Assembly (NCBI GenBank): GCA_904063045.1
Contig: CAJFCJ010000001.1
Location: forward strand, 2,418,001-2,482,000
DNA from: Dimorphilus gyrociliatus
Lineage: Eukaryota; Animalia; Annelida
Length of the DNA: 64,000 nt
Direction of reading: 5' to 3'
Of this stretch, positions 32,950 through 56,706 are shown in pieces. A program made the translations under genes and the position numbers. The notes beneath the pieces are model-generated. The model did no database searches and had not been told where the DNA came from. It saw only the letters and a list, made by a program, of their open reading frames with translations. Numbering within the stretch: the stretch's first letter is position 1; each line of letters opens with the position of its first letter.

Positions 32950-34371
32950 TTAGGTTACAGGATTTCGTACAATAAACCTAAAATTAACTTTTCGATCTGG
33001 CTTCTTAAATACAGATGTTTTTGTTCCTAATTTTTCTATTCCATTCTCTTCTATTCTAAAATTTTGTAGTAATTTTATAACAGCCAAATATATCTCTTGT
33101 TCGGCAAATCTTCTACCAATACACATTCTCCTACCGTAGCCGAATGGTAGGAGACATCCTGTTGGTATTTTTCGTCTTTCCCCAGATGAAGTCAACCATC
33201 TTTCAGGTTTATATTCCATAGCATTTTCAAAGTATGTTTTAGATTTTGCAATTGCTTCGCAATTAATTACTAAACGAGTTCCGGATGGTATTTCGTAATC
33301 GCCAATTTTCATGGTTTTTCCAATGATTCTATTTGTTCCCGCAATTGTCGGAAAATAAATACGAAAACTCTCTTTTAAGCAGGCCTTTAAATAGTTTAAT
33401 TTATTAATATCGTCAAACTTTAACTCATTTTTACCGATAACCGTATCAATTTCTTTGTGTAATTTTTCTTGAACTTGTTGATTTTGCGATAGATTATATA
33501 ACAAGAAACATAAAGAATTTGCGGTAGATTCAACTCCCGCTTGTAATAGAGTAATTGCCAAATCGATTTTCTGCCTCTCTGTCCAACTGATATTCGAAAG
33601 GGAAGCAATTATGTTCAAGTCTTTGTTATATTCCTCTCTCCTACCGTTTTCTAGGAAACCTTTGCATATTTCATCAATTCTCTCTTTAATAGCTAAAAAT
33701 TCTTTGTAGAATGGTGTTTGAAAGTGTAGAAACAGTGGTATCGTAAAACATGACTTGGCAATCATATCAAAATACCTTTTCATAAGTATAACAAACTCTT
33801 TGTTTTCTGGATTTGGATACATTCGTAAAGCTCCCAAACGAATACCAAAAGCAACGGTTCCAATTGATTCCATAGCATAATTAGTGATATCCTCTAACGA
33901 ATCGGGAAGAAGTCCGTTTTCGTCAGATTTACTTTTAATATAATCAACAAAATCATTTGAAACCGCTATCTGAGTTTCTAGATAAGCCGATGCTGCAGTA
34001 GGATGTGCCATTATCTTTTGAATAGGCTGTCTTGACTTCCACCAGTTCTCACCGTTACCCATAAGACCTAGTTCGTAGTTGTTGTATTTATTTAGAGCCT
34101 CAAAGATAGGTAGGAGAGTTCTAATGGGATATTTAGATTCGTTTTGCATGACTTTAACAATTTCCTGAGGATTTGCAACATGAACAAACGTAACACTACC
34201 GAGATCCTCTTTGAATATATCACCATATTTTCTTCTATAATGAACATAAGCATCGGCTAATCTATCAATAGTATAATTACCGAATATTGTATAATTGAGT
34301 AAATTTCCAAAGAAAGGTAATCCTTTTGGACCAGGAATTGAAGCAAATGACTTTCCAACTTTTGAAATCAT
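32950..34371 (-). CDS. Cytochrome P450, mitochondrial-clan-like
   Basis: Single uninterrupted ORF. IPGPKGLPFFG, NGENWWKSR, AGVEST (I-helix), KESFR, KPERW and heme motif PFGYGRRMCIGRRFAE. The start codon is uncertain. Confidence 0.9.
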   Translation of the reverse strand: MISKVGKSFASIPGPKGLPFFGNLLNYTIFGNYTIDRLADAYVHYRRKYGDIFKEDLGSVTFVHVANPQEIVKVMQNESKYPIRTLLPIFEALNKYNNYELGLMGNGENWWKSRQPIQKIMAHPTAASAYLETQIAVSNDFVDYIKSKSDENGLLPDSLEDITNYAMESIGTVAFGIRLGALRMYPNPENKEFVILMKRYFDMIAKSCFTIPLFLHFQTPFYKEFLAIKERIDEICKGFLENGRREEYNKDLNIIASLSNISWTERQKIDLAITLLQAGVESTANSLCFLLYNLSQNQQVQEKLHKEIDTVIGKNELKFDDINKLNYLKACLKESFRIYFPTIAGTNRIIGKTMKIGDYEIPSGTRLVINCEAIAKSKTYFENAMEYKPERWLTSSGERRKIPTGCLLPFGYGRRMCIGRRFAEQEIYLAVIKLLQNFRIEENGIEKLGTKTSVFKKPDRKVNFRFIVRNPVT

Positions 34372-34890
34372 GTCAACAAGTAGATTAAAAAGATAAAAAA
34401 AAGACACTTGTCCTTATATCAATTGGAAAAAAACTGAAGTACATTCAAGCTGAAACTTTCGTGTTCAATTGAAACTATTTCCCAATATCCTACAACTAAA
34501 TATACTTGACGTAGGTTATTTAGGTTAAATTATTAGTTCGTCCGGTACGAGTAAAGCAAAAATTTATAGCTTTATGTGTAGGCGTTGATGAAACAAAATT
34601 GGATAAAGAGACATTATTTACATATTAAAATAATGTATTCATAATTGAAAAATTTAAATAACAACTGTACAGTATTTATACAAATAATGTATTGCAAATA
34701 GTATATAAAACACTTATAAAGAAGAGTATACAGTAGATTGAATACTCTTTTTTTTTGCTAGCTTTTTCCTTTATCCACCCCCACCTAACTCCTTGAACTC
34801 TGTTAGGCTCTTTTTCTTTACTATATACTGTATATATATATAGTTAATTTTAGAAACAAATCATTGAACTAATTCAATTTTATGTTTGTG

Positions 34891-35510
34891 TTAACTATTT
34901 TTGAAATCAGGATTATTTGCCAATGCTTTATCCAAGGTAGACAGTTCTGATAATTCTGTTTTCAATTTTAATCTTAGAATATGACGCATTAAATCTTCTC
35001 TATGAGCATTATCTTTAACACCAATTGCATTCAATTTCCAATCGTTTAAATTCAATAAGCAGCGACCACTTATATCATTTTCAGTAAATTTTTCGCTATA
35101 TAGACCATGGTATTCAGGAGCGTGATTTTTCAGCCATTTGCAAACTTCGTCACTAGACCAAAAATAGGTTGCTCTTTTCTTTTCTTGTTCTTTTTCCTAT
35201 TAATAGATAAATATATTATTATATTAATAAAATATTTGACCATATTGCTAAATTGTAATGGAAGAGAATTGTCCTTTTATTTTTAATGTTTGATTAGTAC
35301 TAGTTGAAGATTAAGAGTAGTTGAAATATTTTCACTGATAAACTTATATCCTGCTTTTTTTTATTATTATTATAAAATATCTAATAAATATAACATTAAG
35401 GTTATAAATCAATCTTGATTATATGTAATAAACATTTTAGAATATTATCGAATGACAAAATCCTTTACCTTTGTTTTAGGTGTTCCCTTTATGATACGAA
35501 ATGCGGACAT
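34891..35510 (-). CDS. Small SAM-only adaptor, aveugle/SAMD10/SAMD12-like
   Basis: Exons 35510-35469 and 35196-34891 join in phase 0: MSAFRIIKGTPKTK/EKEQ..YFWSSDEVCKWLKNHAPEYHGLYSEKFTENDISGRCLLNLNDWKLNAIGVKDNAHREDLMRHILRLKLKTE. Absent from the ORF track. Confidence 0.85.
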
Positions 35511-35918
35511 GACAGACAAGTCATATGTATTAAAAAATTGTTGATTAGTTTAATGCACAATTTTATTTTTTGTTTGATATCTTGATCCAAGAAAAATATG
35601 GGCAAATAATCAATAATGAACAACGGCTCGTAAAATTAAACATTTGGCGGAGCCACTGTCGTATGATTTTGTACAAATCCACAGAGTCCGCCATATTTGT
35701 CACATGTACTCTCACATGACTATTTGTTTGTTCCCGTGACTCCAACCATTAAACTTGTCTATTTGAAAAATCAACAAAAAACATAAAGATGGATATGCTG
35801 GAAAATAGTCTGGAAACGCAGTTAGTAGCTATGTTTGAAATCCATAAACAGATAATTCTGATACCCTTCCCCGGCCTACTTTTTTAACTTTCGGCCATTT
35901 TGGTTTTGGCGCGCTATC

Positions 35919-35928
35919 GTCACATGAC
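35919..35928. promoter_or_regulatory. USF/MiT-type E-box GTCACATGAC upstream of USF
   Basis: Motif about 90 bp before the USF ATG, in a divergent promoter. Confidence 0.5.
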
Positions 35929-36019
35929 TAGATCACGTTGTCGAGTTGCGCTGCTCTTTACGTTCTATTAAAGAAATATTCTTTTCTCGTCAATAAACTA
36001 TATTTAATTAATAAAAATA

Positions 36020-37746
36020 ATGAAAAAATCCTCCTCTAGAGACACGAAATCTGCAACGTCGGAATTGGCGAATAATACGCAAGATTTAGGTAAGAATTTC
36101 ACGCTTAAAACCTTAAAGAAACACTTCTGTTTCAAGAATAAATCTCTTAAAAAGGCAATAAATTCATTCAAAAGTTGTAAAGAACGCTAGTAAAATACAC
36201 GAGTTTATAAGTCTAAGGTTGAAGTTTCATATATATCTAACGTGGAAGAAAAAGTTATTAAACATATTTTCTATAATAACGCAGTGGTTTATTTACTGAT
36301 GTTGGTCTTACTACGAAGTATATAGTTTTGACTATCATTGTCTTAAAATTGAAAGGATATACGTAAATTAACGTACCAAACAATAAAATATTGTTAGTAA
36401 ATATTGCCCTAAATCCTTAAGTGAACAGCTCTTATGTGAAGGTGTTGTTGTCGTTATCGTTTCTTAATGGTATCTTATACACATATTTATATTGAAATAT
36501 AAGCATTTTACATATTTTTTGTTACAAATTAATAAACGGACGAAACCGTTAAATGAAATCACAAAAATGCGTCAGGTTGAACGGCTTCTTTAATAGCGAA
36601 AAACGCTAGTTTCTTGTTTTTCTTGTCCATTCTTTTCTTCTATTTTTCAATATTTTTATTTTTAATAGAACACAGATTTATTTTGCTCTTTTTTTTTCAG
36701 AATCTAATGATGATAGCAACGGTAATTAAACTACACAAATTATGACTTTTTTAAAAATATCATCCTATTAATGTCACAATCTGTAATTTATAATCAATAC
36801 TATACTTTTTTCATGTAGCTAATAATCAGGTAACATATCGGGTTATCCAATTTAATAATGGTTCGGAAGTGGAGAACCAGTCGCAAATATTAGGTCAAAC
36901 GGGAATTACGCATGTTCTTCCAGCTGGAAGTTTTGCTAATGGTTCATCAAATTCCCCATCAAATGAAGATGCTTCTAATTCAGCCAGGTTTCTTTTCAAA
37001 TATCTTTAGTTTATATATATTTCATTTTCTTTTGGATAATTAGTATTTATATTACTTTATTGTTCAACTATAGATTTACTTACGTTTCCGGAAGTGGTAC
37101 AGATGCGCAAACAATAGAAAGTCTAGGCCAATTACAGACTGCTCAGGGTCCTTATGTTGTTATGATGAGTCATCCAGATGTTATACAGGCTTCTAGAAGT
37201 ATAGCGCCCAGGTAACTTTTATTGAACTGTGATTTGTAAAATTCAGTTTGAAGTATTATTTAAATATTTTAAATAATTGATTAAAACCAAATTGACTTAT
37301 AATTAATGCAAATTTATTCATTTTGATTAATTTCTATGAAAATTAACTATAGATCCGGAAACCGATCGTCGGGTGGCGATATAAAAACTTCCAGGGACGA
37401 AAGAAGACGAGCTACCCATAATGCTGTCGAAAGAAGGAGAAGAGATAAGATCAATAATTGGATCGTTCAACTTTCGAAACTCATTCCTGATTGTGCTGTT
37501 GACGGAATGAAAGGCGGTCAAATGTCAGCTCAGAGTAAAGGAGGAATTCTGGCCAAGGCTTGTGATTACATCAATGAACTACGTACTAAAAATGAAAGAT
37601 TGGTTGAATCTCTACACGAAGTGGAAAGGTTCAACACGAATCGAGACGCATTAAGGGACCAATTCGAGGAATTAAAAACAGAAAATGCTATGCTCAGACA
37701 GAGTTTATCGGAAGCTGGTATTGCTGTACCAGAATCTCACTTCTAA
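36020..37746 (+). CDS. USF: Upstream stimulatory factor (bHLH-zip)
   Basis: Five exons. NQVTYRVIQ, USF-specific region (YVVMMSHPDV..RSIAPR) and RRRATHNAVERRRRDKINNWIVQLSKLIPDC..SKGGILAKACDYI. Confidence 0.95.
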
Positions 37747-38673
37747 CAACTACTTGTACATATTTGACTTTCTAGCTTTTTGCCTATCGAAATTCCGTAA
37801 CATTGAAAAAAAAAGTGAAGGAGCCTTTTTCATTTTTTTCTGTTAAGCTCATTTGTTTCATATAGTGCTTCTCCGTTATTAAAAGTCTGTAGTAAGTAAA
37901 GGATAAAAGAAACGCCTTGATTGGATAATTTGAAAAATTTAATTATAAAATTCTAAAGTTAAGGTAAAGGAAAGCGTAAAAACAACGCTACACTTTTTAA
38001 TTGCTAGACAAAAAAATTTATCATCTACATTTTCATCATTTTATCTGTTAATACATTTTTCATACAATTCAAAAAAAGAGCGCCAAGTTATTTTCGTAAA
38101 TTGATTAATTCACCTTAGTTACCAAATTAACATTTTATATCATAAACATGGCTCAATTCTATCTAATTGGAATTTAGTTTTAAATATAATTTCGTAAAAT
38201 AATAAAAGTTGAAGGCCAATACAAAATAGCAACGATTGGTGTTTTGTATAGTGTGAATTGCTAACGTTATTTCCTCTTTGTCAATGGTTAAGTTTCCATA
38301 ATGTTTGAAGTAAGTGAATATAATATTAAATTGTAGTTTATCTAGAAAGAGCGTTTGAAAAATTTTACTACCTTTTTTTGGATTAATTATATCTAAATCA
38401 TCCTATTATTTGTCTAAAGTAAATATACAAGTCACATAGAGGATGACCAGAATATCTAATCATAAAAAAGGTAGTAATTTGAACAATATTATTAGTTTTA
38501 GGAATATAGTTTTCTATTACATGATTAGTGACATTTCTCAAGCTTTTAAAACAATCACGTGGTCCAAACTTAGCTGAATATTTTTGAATATATTAATAGG
38601 TCATTAAGTTATAAAAATTCGTTACATAAACCATAAGATTTATGTAGGTATGAAATTTTGTTCCTGAATATAG

Positions 38674-41672
38674 AAATACAAAAGCCATGTTCGTGCTATA
38701 AAATCAAACAACAATTCAAGACCGAATTCAAGCACATTGAATGAGGATGTTAGAAGAGAGAATGACTCAACAGACATTGACGTAAGTTGTGCCTCTACTA
38801 ATATTTGTTTGAATCAAAAACGATAACTTTAATTGATTAATCCAATTAGGAAAAAATAAAGCAATTTTGGTCAAAAGTTGATGAGCAATGTTTAAGATAC
38901 GAAAAGGAACAAACAGAGACAAAACCCATCGAGAGAAAGAATGGAGGATTTAGGGTTGTTAGGTTATTCGTTTCGTCAACATTTGTAGACTTCAATTCCG
39001 AAAGAGAGATTCTTGTTAAGAAAACATTTCCCGCATTAAAAGAATGGTGCGAAAAACAAAGAATACGTCTGTTTGAATGCGATTTAAGGTGGGGTGTGCC
39101 GAGGGATTCAACGACTAGAACAACGTTGCTAACATGCTTCGAGGAATTAGATAGATGTCGAGAAGCCCAAAAAAACCAGCCTGTCTTTTTAAATTTGACT
39201 GGAGATAGATATGGTTGGATTCCAGGTATGGATGATATTTCTCAAGATATTCAGGAAAAATACGAATGGCTTTATGGATCATCCATCACCTTTATGGAAG
39301 TACTACATGCCGCTTACAGAAACAAAAATCCCAATGCTGCATTTTTTATAAGAGATAGTTCGTTTTTAAAAGAGTTACCATCAGACCTCAATCATAGATT
39401 TCGACAGGATGATGAATTTAGCAGAAGACAAATTCAGGTAACATTCTAAATCTGAATTTTTAATAAGAATAATAATATTCTGTCCTTTAATTTTCAATTT
39501 TAGTTGTATAAAGAAAACGTTAAAAAACGCTTCCCCGATCAAGTTTTCACGTACAAACCGGAAGTTGAGAGTGTAGATAAAACTTCTAGTCAAGTCAAAT
39601 TGACCAATTTGGAAGAATTTTCCAATCAGGTTCTTACATTTTTTAAAAGTGCGATATCAAAAATATATCCGCTGGAAGAGGTCCAACCGGAAGTTGAAGT
39701 AACCCTTATGGATAAATTGGAAGAGGAACAAAATTTATTTATTGACTATAAAACTGAATTAGTCTTTGGAAGACAAATTGAAATAGATAAACTCAAAGAT
39801 TGTTCAAATGATAATTTTCAAAAAGATTGTTTATCTGAATACGGAGGAAAAAATGATGATAAGTCTTATGAAGGTATAAATTTAATCAACAATAGGGAAA
39901 TAGAAAATTAACAAATACATTGCATCTCATTTCAGAATTGAAAGAAAAATTCAAATCATCAGATGACGATGAACTATTGAAATTAATTCTTGCTGAGCCT
40001 GGTATGGGAAAATCAGCAGTTTTAGCTAAACTAGTCCAAAAAATACAAGAGAATGATGAAAATGATTTGTTTTATCATTTTGTTCCTGTGTCTGCAACTA
40101 CTAGAGAATCTTCTATAATAATAAAAAGAATGTTATCTTTTTTTATAAAAGATGAAAAGGGTAACTTTTAAGATTGTAATCGTTAAATTATCAATTTTAA
40201 TCATCTTATTTTAATAAAAGAATTAAAAATCCTGGAAGAGAAACTCCCAGAAGAGATGATAATTTCATTATTGGCTTATCTTCGAAAGAATCCTGTTAAG
40301 AAAAGAACGTACATACTAATTGATGCTGTAAACGAGGTAATTATTAATTATTGTATGTTATTAGATTTGTACAATTCTTTATTAAAGATGCGCTCATCGG
40401 GATCACATGAACATTTGAATTGGTTACCTCCGACTTTTCCAAAGAATATTCACTGTTTGGTTAGTTGTAATACAGTTCATCAACACACTCTAAGGAAATT
40501 AGCGGCCAAGCAACCTCTTGTTTTTTCGCTTACGCCCTTGGATAAAGAGAGTGTCTTGAATATAATCGACTATTATTTGGGAATGTTCAATAAGAAATTG
40601 GATAGCCATCAGAAACAGTTGTTAAGCGAAAATGACGGAGCGTCAACTCCATTATGGCTGAGACTTGCTTGCGAAGAGCTAAGAATCTATGGGGATTTTA
40701 ATACTCTTTCGAAAAAAATTGAGTTACTTCCAAACGACCTAAAAACGTTAATTGAAGATATCTTAAAAAGACTTCAAACTGAGGCAGCAATTGAAAATCG
40801 CAAAGCACTAAATGGTACGCTATGTCTTTTGTACGCTGCTAGAACTGGACTATCGGAAGATGACATTCCTGTGCTGTTAGGTTCAGAAAATGAGCCAATA
40901 GCCCCACTCGTATGGGCAGAAACAAGGAGACTGTTGAAACAATTTCTTCGTATTATTTACGAAACGAGAACTGGTTACGAAAGAATAGATTTTATCCACG
41001 ATTCAGTAAGATTAGCTGTTAAATCAGTTCTTCTACCGGAGAGCAAAGATACCATTAAATGGCACTATAAATTGGCTAATTTCTTATTAAATGATGCCAA
41101 GAAGGCTCCATTTAGTGTCGACGAAATTCCCTATCACCTGGAGGCCTCGTATCAAAGAGGGAAATTATTAGATTTCATGAGAAAGAATCCATTATCACAA
41201 CGTATACCAACGTACGACAGGGCTCAATATGTCAATGTAAATAAGAATAATAGCCTTACTATAGATATTATAAAATTTTGTTGTTTTTTCTAAACAGAAT
41301 CTCAAATGTACTTCATTCGTTCACTCCAACTTATCTAAAGTTAAAAGTCATTCGGAGATAGAGATGACAGTCTGTCATATCTGCCAAACTGGTATGAAAG
41401 GTGGATTAAACCCGATATTTAATAGACCAACAGAGGCATGTTATATTTGCGGTCAGTGGTTAGGTTCAGGTCATCTGAATAAGAATAAAATATATATGTG
41501 CATGCAGCATAGTAATATGTATAGACATAATTGCGTTCTTTGCAACTCATTCCAAGGTTCTATGAAACAAAAGGATAATAATTTGTATGTTTGTCATCAA
41601 TGTACTTTTGGTTATAAGTATAATCTATGCAATTATTTGGATACTACAAATGAATCGGTTGAAGAATCGTGA
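38674..41672 (+). CDS. DUF4062 + NACHT/STAND NTPase with C-terminal Cys-rich zinc domain (TEP1/NPHP3/NWD-like core); first exon unresolved
   Basis: Exons 38674-38781, 38850-39437, 39504-39873, 39936-40160, 40221-40336, 40388-41236, 41298-41672. RVVRLFVSSTFVDFNSERE..DLRWGV, Walker A AEPGMGKS, Walker B ILIDAVNE, and TPLWLRLACEELR. Confidence 0.85.
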
Positions 41673-42376
41673 AAAATCAATTAAAATAAAATTATTCCAA
41701 TCCTAAACCCAACTAAAATTATATAGTTCAGGTGTTACATACCAAGTATAATATATATTAATAACGAACTATTGTAACAAATCAATGTGCGTGTTAGAAA
41801 TTTCTATGTTCTTAGTTATTGTTTCTATAGGATAAATTTAAAAAAAAAAGACTAATTAGAGTACAAGCTTATTTTTATATTGACACGTGTGAATAATAAT
41901 TATGATGTTTATTATATGTTAAAAATAATTTATGAAATATTTTTGTCATCGTGATAAGCTATTATTGCGCATATCTGTAATCTATAATCTCTATATTATA
42001 TAGTATATATATATGTATATACTAATATATTCTTATCTAACTATTTATTGTATATAACTTTTAAGAAACAACAACAGTAAAACGAAGGCCGGAAGTAAAT
42101 TTTCCCCTGAAGAAACTAGCTCGTTAACTATCTATATGTGACCTAATGAAGTTTTCAAGGAATTAGATTACCTATTCCTCCCTCCTTTTCTCCCTATTTT
42201 TATTTATTTTTTATATGGCTCTTTTCTTGGAATTCTTACGAAAATGTCCCTAAATTGTCTTTATTAACTTTTCGAAATATTTTATTAACTAAATTTAGAA
42301 TTAACTTACACAAGTTTTTTTTCTATAATTCGAATGTAAATCGAAAATCGGAACGTTATCCTATGAAATTTATAAA

Positions 42377-42409
42377 TCATGTGACTGAATCACGTGATAT
42401 GAGAATTGG
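42377..42409. promoter_or_regulatory. Tandem E-boxes TCATGTGAC and TCACGTGA plus an ATTGG (CCAAT) box upstream of KLC
   Basis: Motifs at 42377-42385, 42390-42397 and 42405-42409, about 140-170 bp before the putative ATG at 42550. Confidence 0.5.
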
Positions 42410-42549
42410 ACGCGTTATTGATTATGCAGCGTCTGTCTACCGTCTAGTTTCAGCAATTCTATCAAAAATCGACGTAATTTTTTACAAATTCCAATAAGTT
42501 AAAGATTTTCAAAGAAATAAGAGTTTAAAGGTTATGACAGAACCTAGGT

Positions 42550-53162
<10,613 letters not shown>

Positions 53163-54032
53163 GAACAATGTGCTCTAGCTCTTCTTTTGTATAATCATTC
53201 CATATCCGAAACATCATTTAAAAAATTGATCATTTCTTTTTTGTTCTATATTTATTCCATATCGTTTAATTTTTTTTTTGGTTTCTTTTTCGCTGCCAAG
53301 AAAGAAAGATGGGAAAACGAAAAAAAAAATATATTCAAACCTTAATTTGCTTGTATTTAAGAAAATAATCCATTTGGAGAAAAATTAAGAAAAAAAGGAG
53401 AATATGTTTTATTTTTTTTGTCAGATGTTTGCAAATGTTCATATAAATATTTATATATATAATTATTTATTTATGAAAACAAATCCAGTAACAAAAGCCA
53501 ACTAAGTAATATTTAAACGTGCTGCGCGCTCTGTCTATATATATATATATGTATTTATCGATATCTCTTTATGAGATCTCTTTTCTCTCTTATTACATCT
53601 CGCTTTTATCGTCGATTAGACTTGATTTGTGGAAAGACATTTGTGTTATTTTTATTTTTTTTGTCGACGAAAACGAAATAAAAAATCCTAGTCAAACATT
53701 TAAAAAAATAATAAAAATTTCTAATAAAAAAAAGTCATTGAAATCTCCCTTTTTGTTTTTTTTTTTTTAAAAAAAAAGTTACAATTCTTTTTAACGGTTT
53801 CAATTTTCTTTTTTTATATAATTCAAGCACACAAAAACAAAACAAAAAAAATTAAAATTAATGAACCTTATAGAAAAATATAGAAAGGAAAAAAAAACGG
53901 ATCACAGCAATTTTATTGCACAAGTTTTCTTTTTATGTATAAATAACATTAGTATATATTTATATAAAATTTGGAAAAATAGTGGGAGTCTTTTTTTTTT
54001 TATAAAAACAAAAATTATCATAGAAATTGTTG

Positions 54033-56657
54033 TTAAACAATGTATATATCAAAATTATCGTGTCTAAAGCGCATTTGGGCTTCTTGTAATATACGAATTC
54101 GAGGACCCATAGGTATTCCTATCTTACTTAGTCTTTCTTCCGTCATGTATGGTAACTCTAACATTCCTATACCTTCTTTGGAAAAGTTTTCAATGTATTT
54201 CTGTTAAGGGAGATAAGAATAACAAATATTAGTAATTAATTATGCTAATTTATTCATATGGATAAATTATTTTCTTTGAAAATATTTTCATTTCAGGTTC
54301 GGAATTTTTCAATCAAAAGCTGAGAAAAAATGTTTATTGTATGCTCTTTTATCCTTTCATGTCAAAGTAAAGAGGCTGAAGGCTAGGGGAGGGTATTTTC
54401 TTATTCTCTTTTCGACTTTTAATAGCTGAGAAATAAGGTATCAGAACGAATCATTACGCTTTTCTACCTTTAATAACTAACCCTTTAACCCTCGACCTAT
54501 CCCTCCCACCAGTTCTCACAATTGTTAAGTCTTATAACACCGTAGAAGAAATTGATCCTTACCTCGTAGCCCAAATTCTTTAAAAATAACTTGAGTAATG
54601 GCGGCTCTTCACCAAAAAATTTGGTTAGTTTGTCAACTCTCTTTGGGTTTGTCATGGTTGGTACCCACCCTCGAAATCTGTTCCAATCGTTAACTTCCGG
54701 TTGGTTATAAGAATTATTGTTTGGGGTATTAGCATGACTTTGTTGAGGATATTTGGCGTTTGTGTGAGCGTGTCTCTGTTTTTTTACTTCGACAAGATCG
54801 CTCTTAATTGATTCCATATCACGATAGAGGGCACTATGCGCTCTCATCTCTGATGAAAGATGAGCGACGCTTCTTGCCAAAGTGACTACGTGAGATTCAA
54901 GACGTGTGAACCTTTTATTAATATGCTTGAACTGATGTGAGGAAGCGGAATGTCCTGCTCTACGATGGTGACCTCTACCTCCTTTCCTGCCGCTAACTGA
55001 TGAGGCGGAACTCAACGACCTCCTCGAATCTACGTGCCTAAGCAATTGGCCGTACATCTGTTCCAAACCTTTCACCTGCTTTTTAAGGTCTCTGTCATCT
55101 CGAGCTCTTCGTATAACTGGTATCTCAGGAGTCTCTGGAGGTGTAGAGCCTGGCGGTGGTGTCAACGGTGGTGTGTTGGACGACAAAGCGGGAAGCGGAG
55201 GTGTTACTGACCGGGAAGAGTCGATATCATCATTTTGAGCTTTATGCAGAGGACCTCTATTAAGTGGTTGAGCTCTAGTCAATGAATTTTCTCTAGAACC
55301 AGTAGCAGGCGACCTCCATTTATTATTACTTGGTCGGCTGTCCACCCGACTTTCAGGTAACCCGTTGAAGTTTGATCGAATGATATTTTTTCTCAACTGC
55401 GGTGATTTGGCCGGAGAAACTGGTCGATGCTGTATTGGTAACTCAGATGGGGGTGAGCGAACTAGATCTTCACGTTTGGGAGAAGGAGGCGGGTGCCTGT
55501 TGTAATGCATATCTGGGGGAGGCCTTGACGGTGGCCTTTCAACTCTCTGAGTTTGTTGTACTGGTATAGGCGTTCCTGCGTAAGGTTGTCTCATGTATGC
55601 TTTCACCTGATGCCCTCCGGGACTATCGGATTGAGAATTTCTACTAGGAGAAGTACTCTGACCAGGAGGAGGAGTCCTCGGTGGATGCTGCGAATAAACT
55701 GTTGGAGGGGTTTTTGAGGGCATTTGTTGATTTTGTTCAAATCTCGATTGAGTATAACTTCCCCTATTATATAACTTATTGCAGACATTTCGAAGATCAT
55801 CGTTATTGCTGTCGCTGTTCAAAAGGAATATTTTATTAAATAAAAGGAAAAGGAAAACATTCAAATCTATAGTTCAATTCGTCAATTGACGAATCAGAAA
55901 TCAATTTAGTCCTATATAATCTTGTTGACATTTGTCTACTTATAGCAATAAATGCTACTTAAAGAATTAATAGTGCAATAATTAAATCTCTCTTCTACCT
56001 AAACCGCACACCATTCCCCACCCCTCACCCACCCACCTCTACCCGTTCAACACCCCTATAAATACAATTCCCATAATGCCAAATAAACACTACACACACA
56101 AGTATGAAAATAGATTAAATGAGTTTTATGACCCTAGAATTATTATAGCATTATAGAATAACAACATAGAAAACCTATTCAACTATAAGTACTAATAGTT
56201 AATCATATTTCAAATAGTAAGGGCGGAGAAAGAGAGTGGATGAGGTTTTGGGAGGGCGGGCAGAGGAAAGAGATAGAGAGACAGATAGACAGACAGACGG
56301 GAGACAAATAATGTACTATTAGTCAATTATGAAGTTTATATATATACTAAAACTTTAATAGCAGTAATAAATCGAATTGAAAAAGGAAAGATAATAAGAA
56401 AGATCAGTATCTGTGTTTTTTATAGCATGCCATTTTCTATTACCTATGAAAATATTAAGAATTGAATTAGAATGATATAAATAAACCTGATAATTAAAAT
56501 ATGCTAATATTAATTTAGACATTTTCCATAGAAGGATTACTTGATTTCATAGCACAGTGTTAATAAACTTCTTGAAGATAGAAAGAAGAGAAGAATGGGG
56601 AATAAATTTTTTATTGATATTCTATTAAAATTACATTTTTCTTTCTTTTTCTCAATT

Positions 56658-56706
<49 letters not shown>

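Noticed and set aside
35563-35745. 60-aa minus-strand ORF upstream of the aveugle-like gene
   Set aside because: No domain and not phase-linked to the SAM exons; more likely 5' UTR or promoter sequence.
38850-41236. DUF4062-NACHT gene as a bacterial defence gene or contaminant
   Set aside because: It has canonical spliceosomal introns and sits among ordinary animal genes.
55877-55894. Perfect 18-bp palindrome ATTCGTCAATTGACGAAT in an intron
   Set aside because: About one such palindrome is expected by chance in 64 kb of AT-rich DNA (rough estimate).
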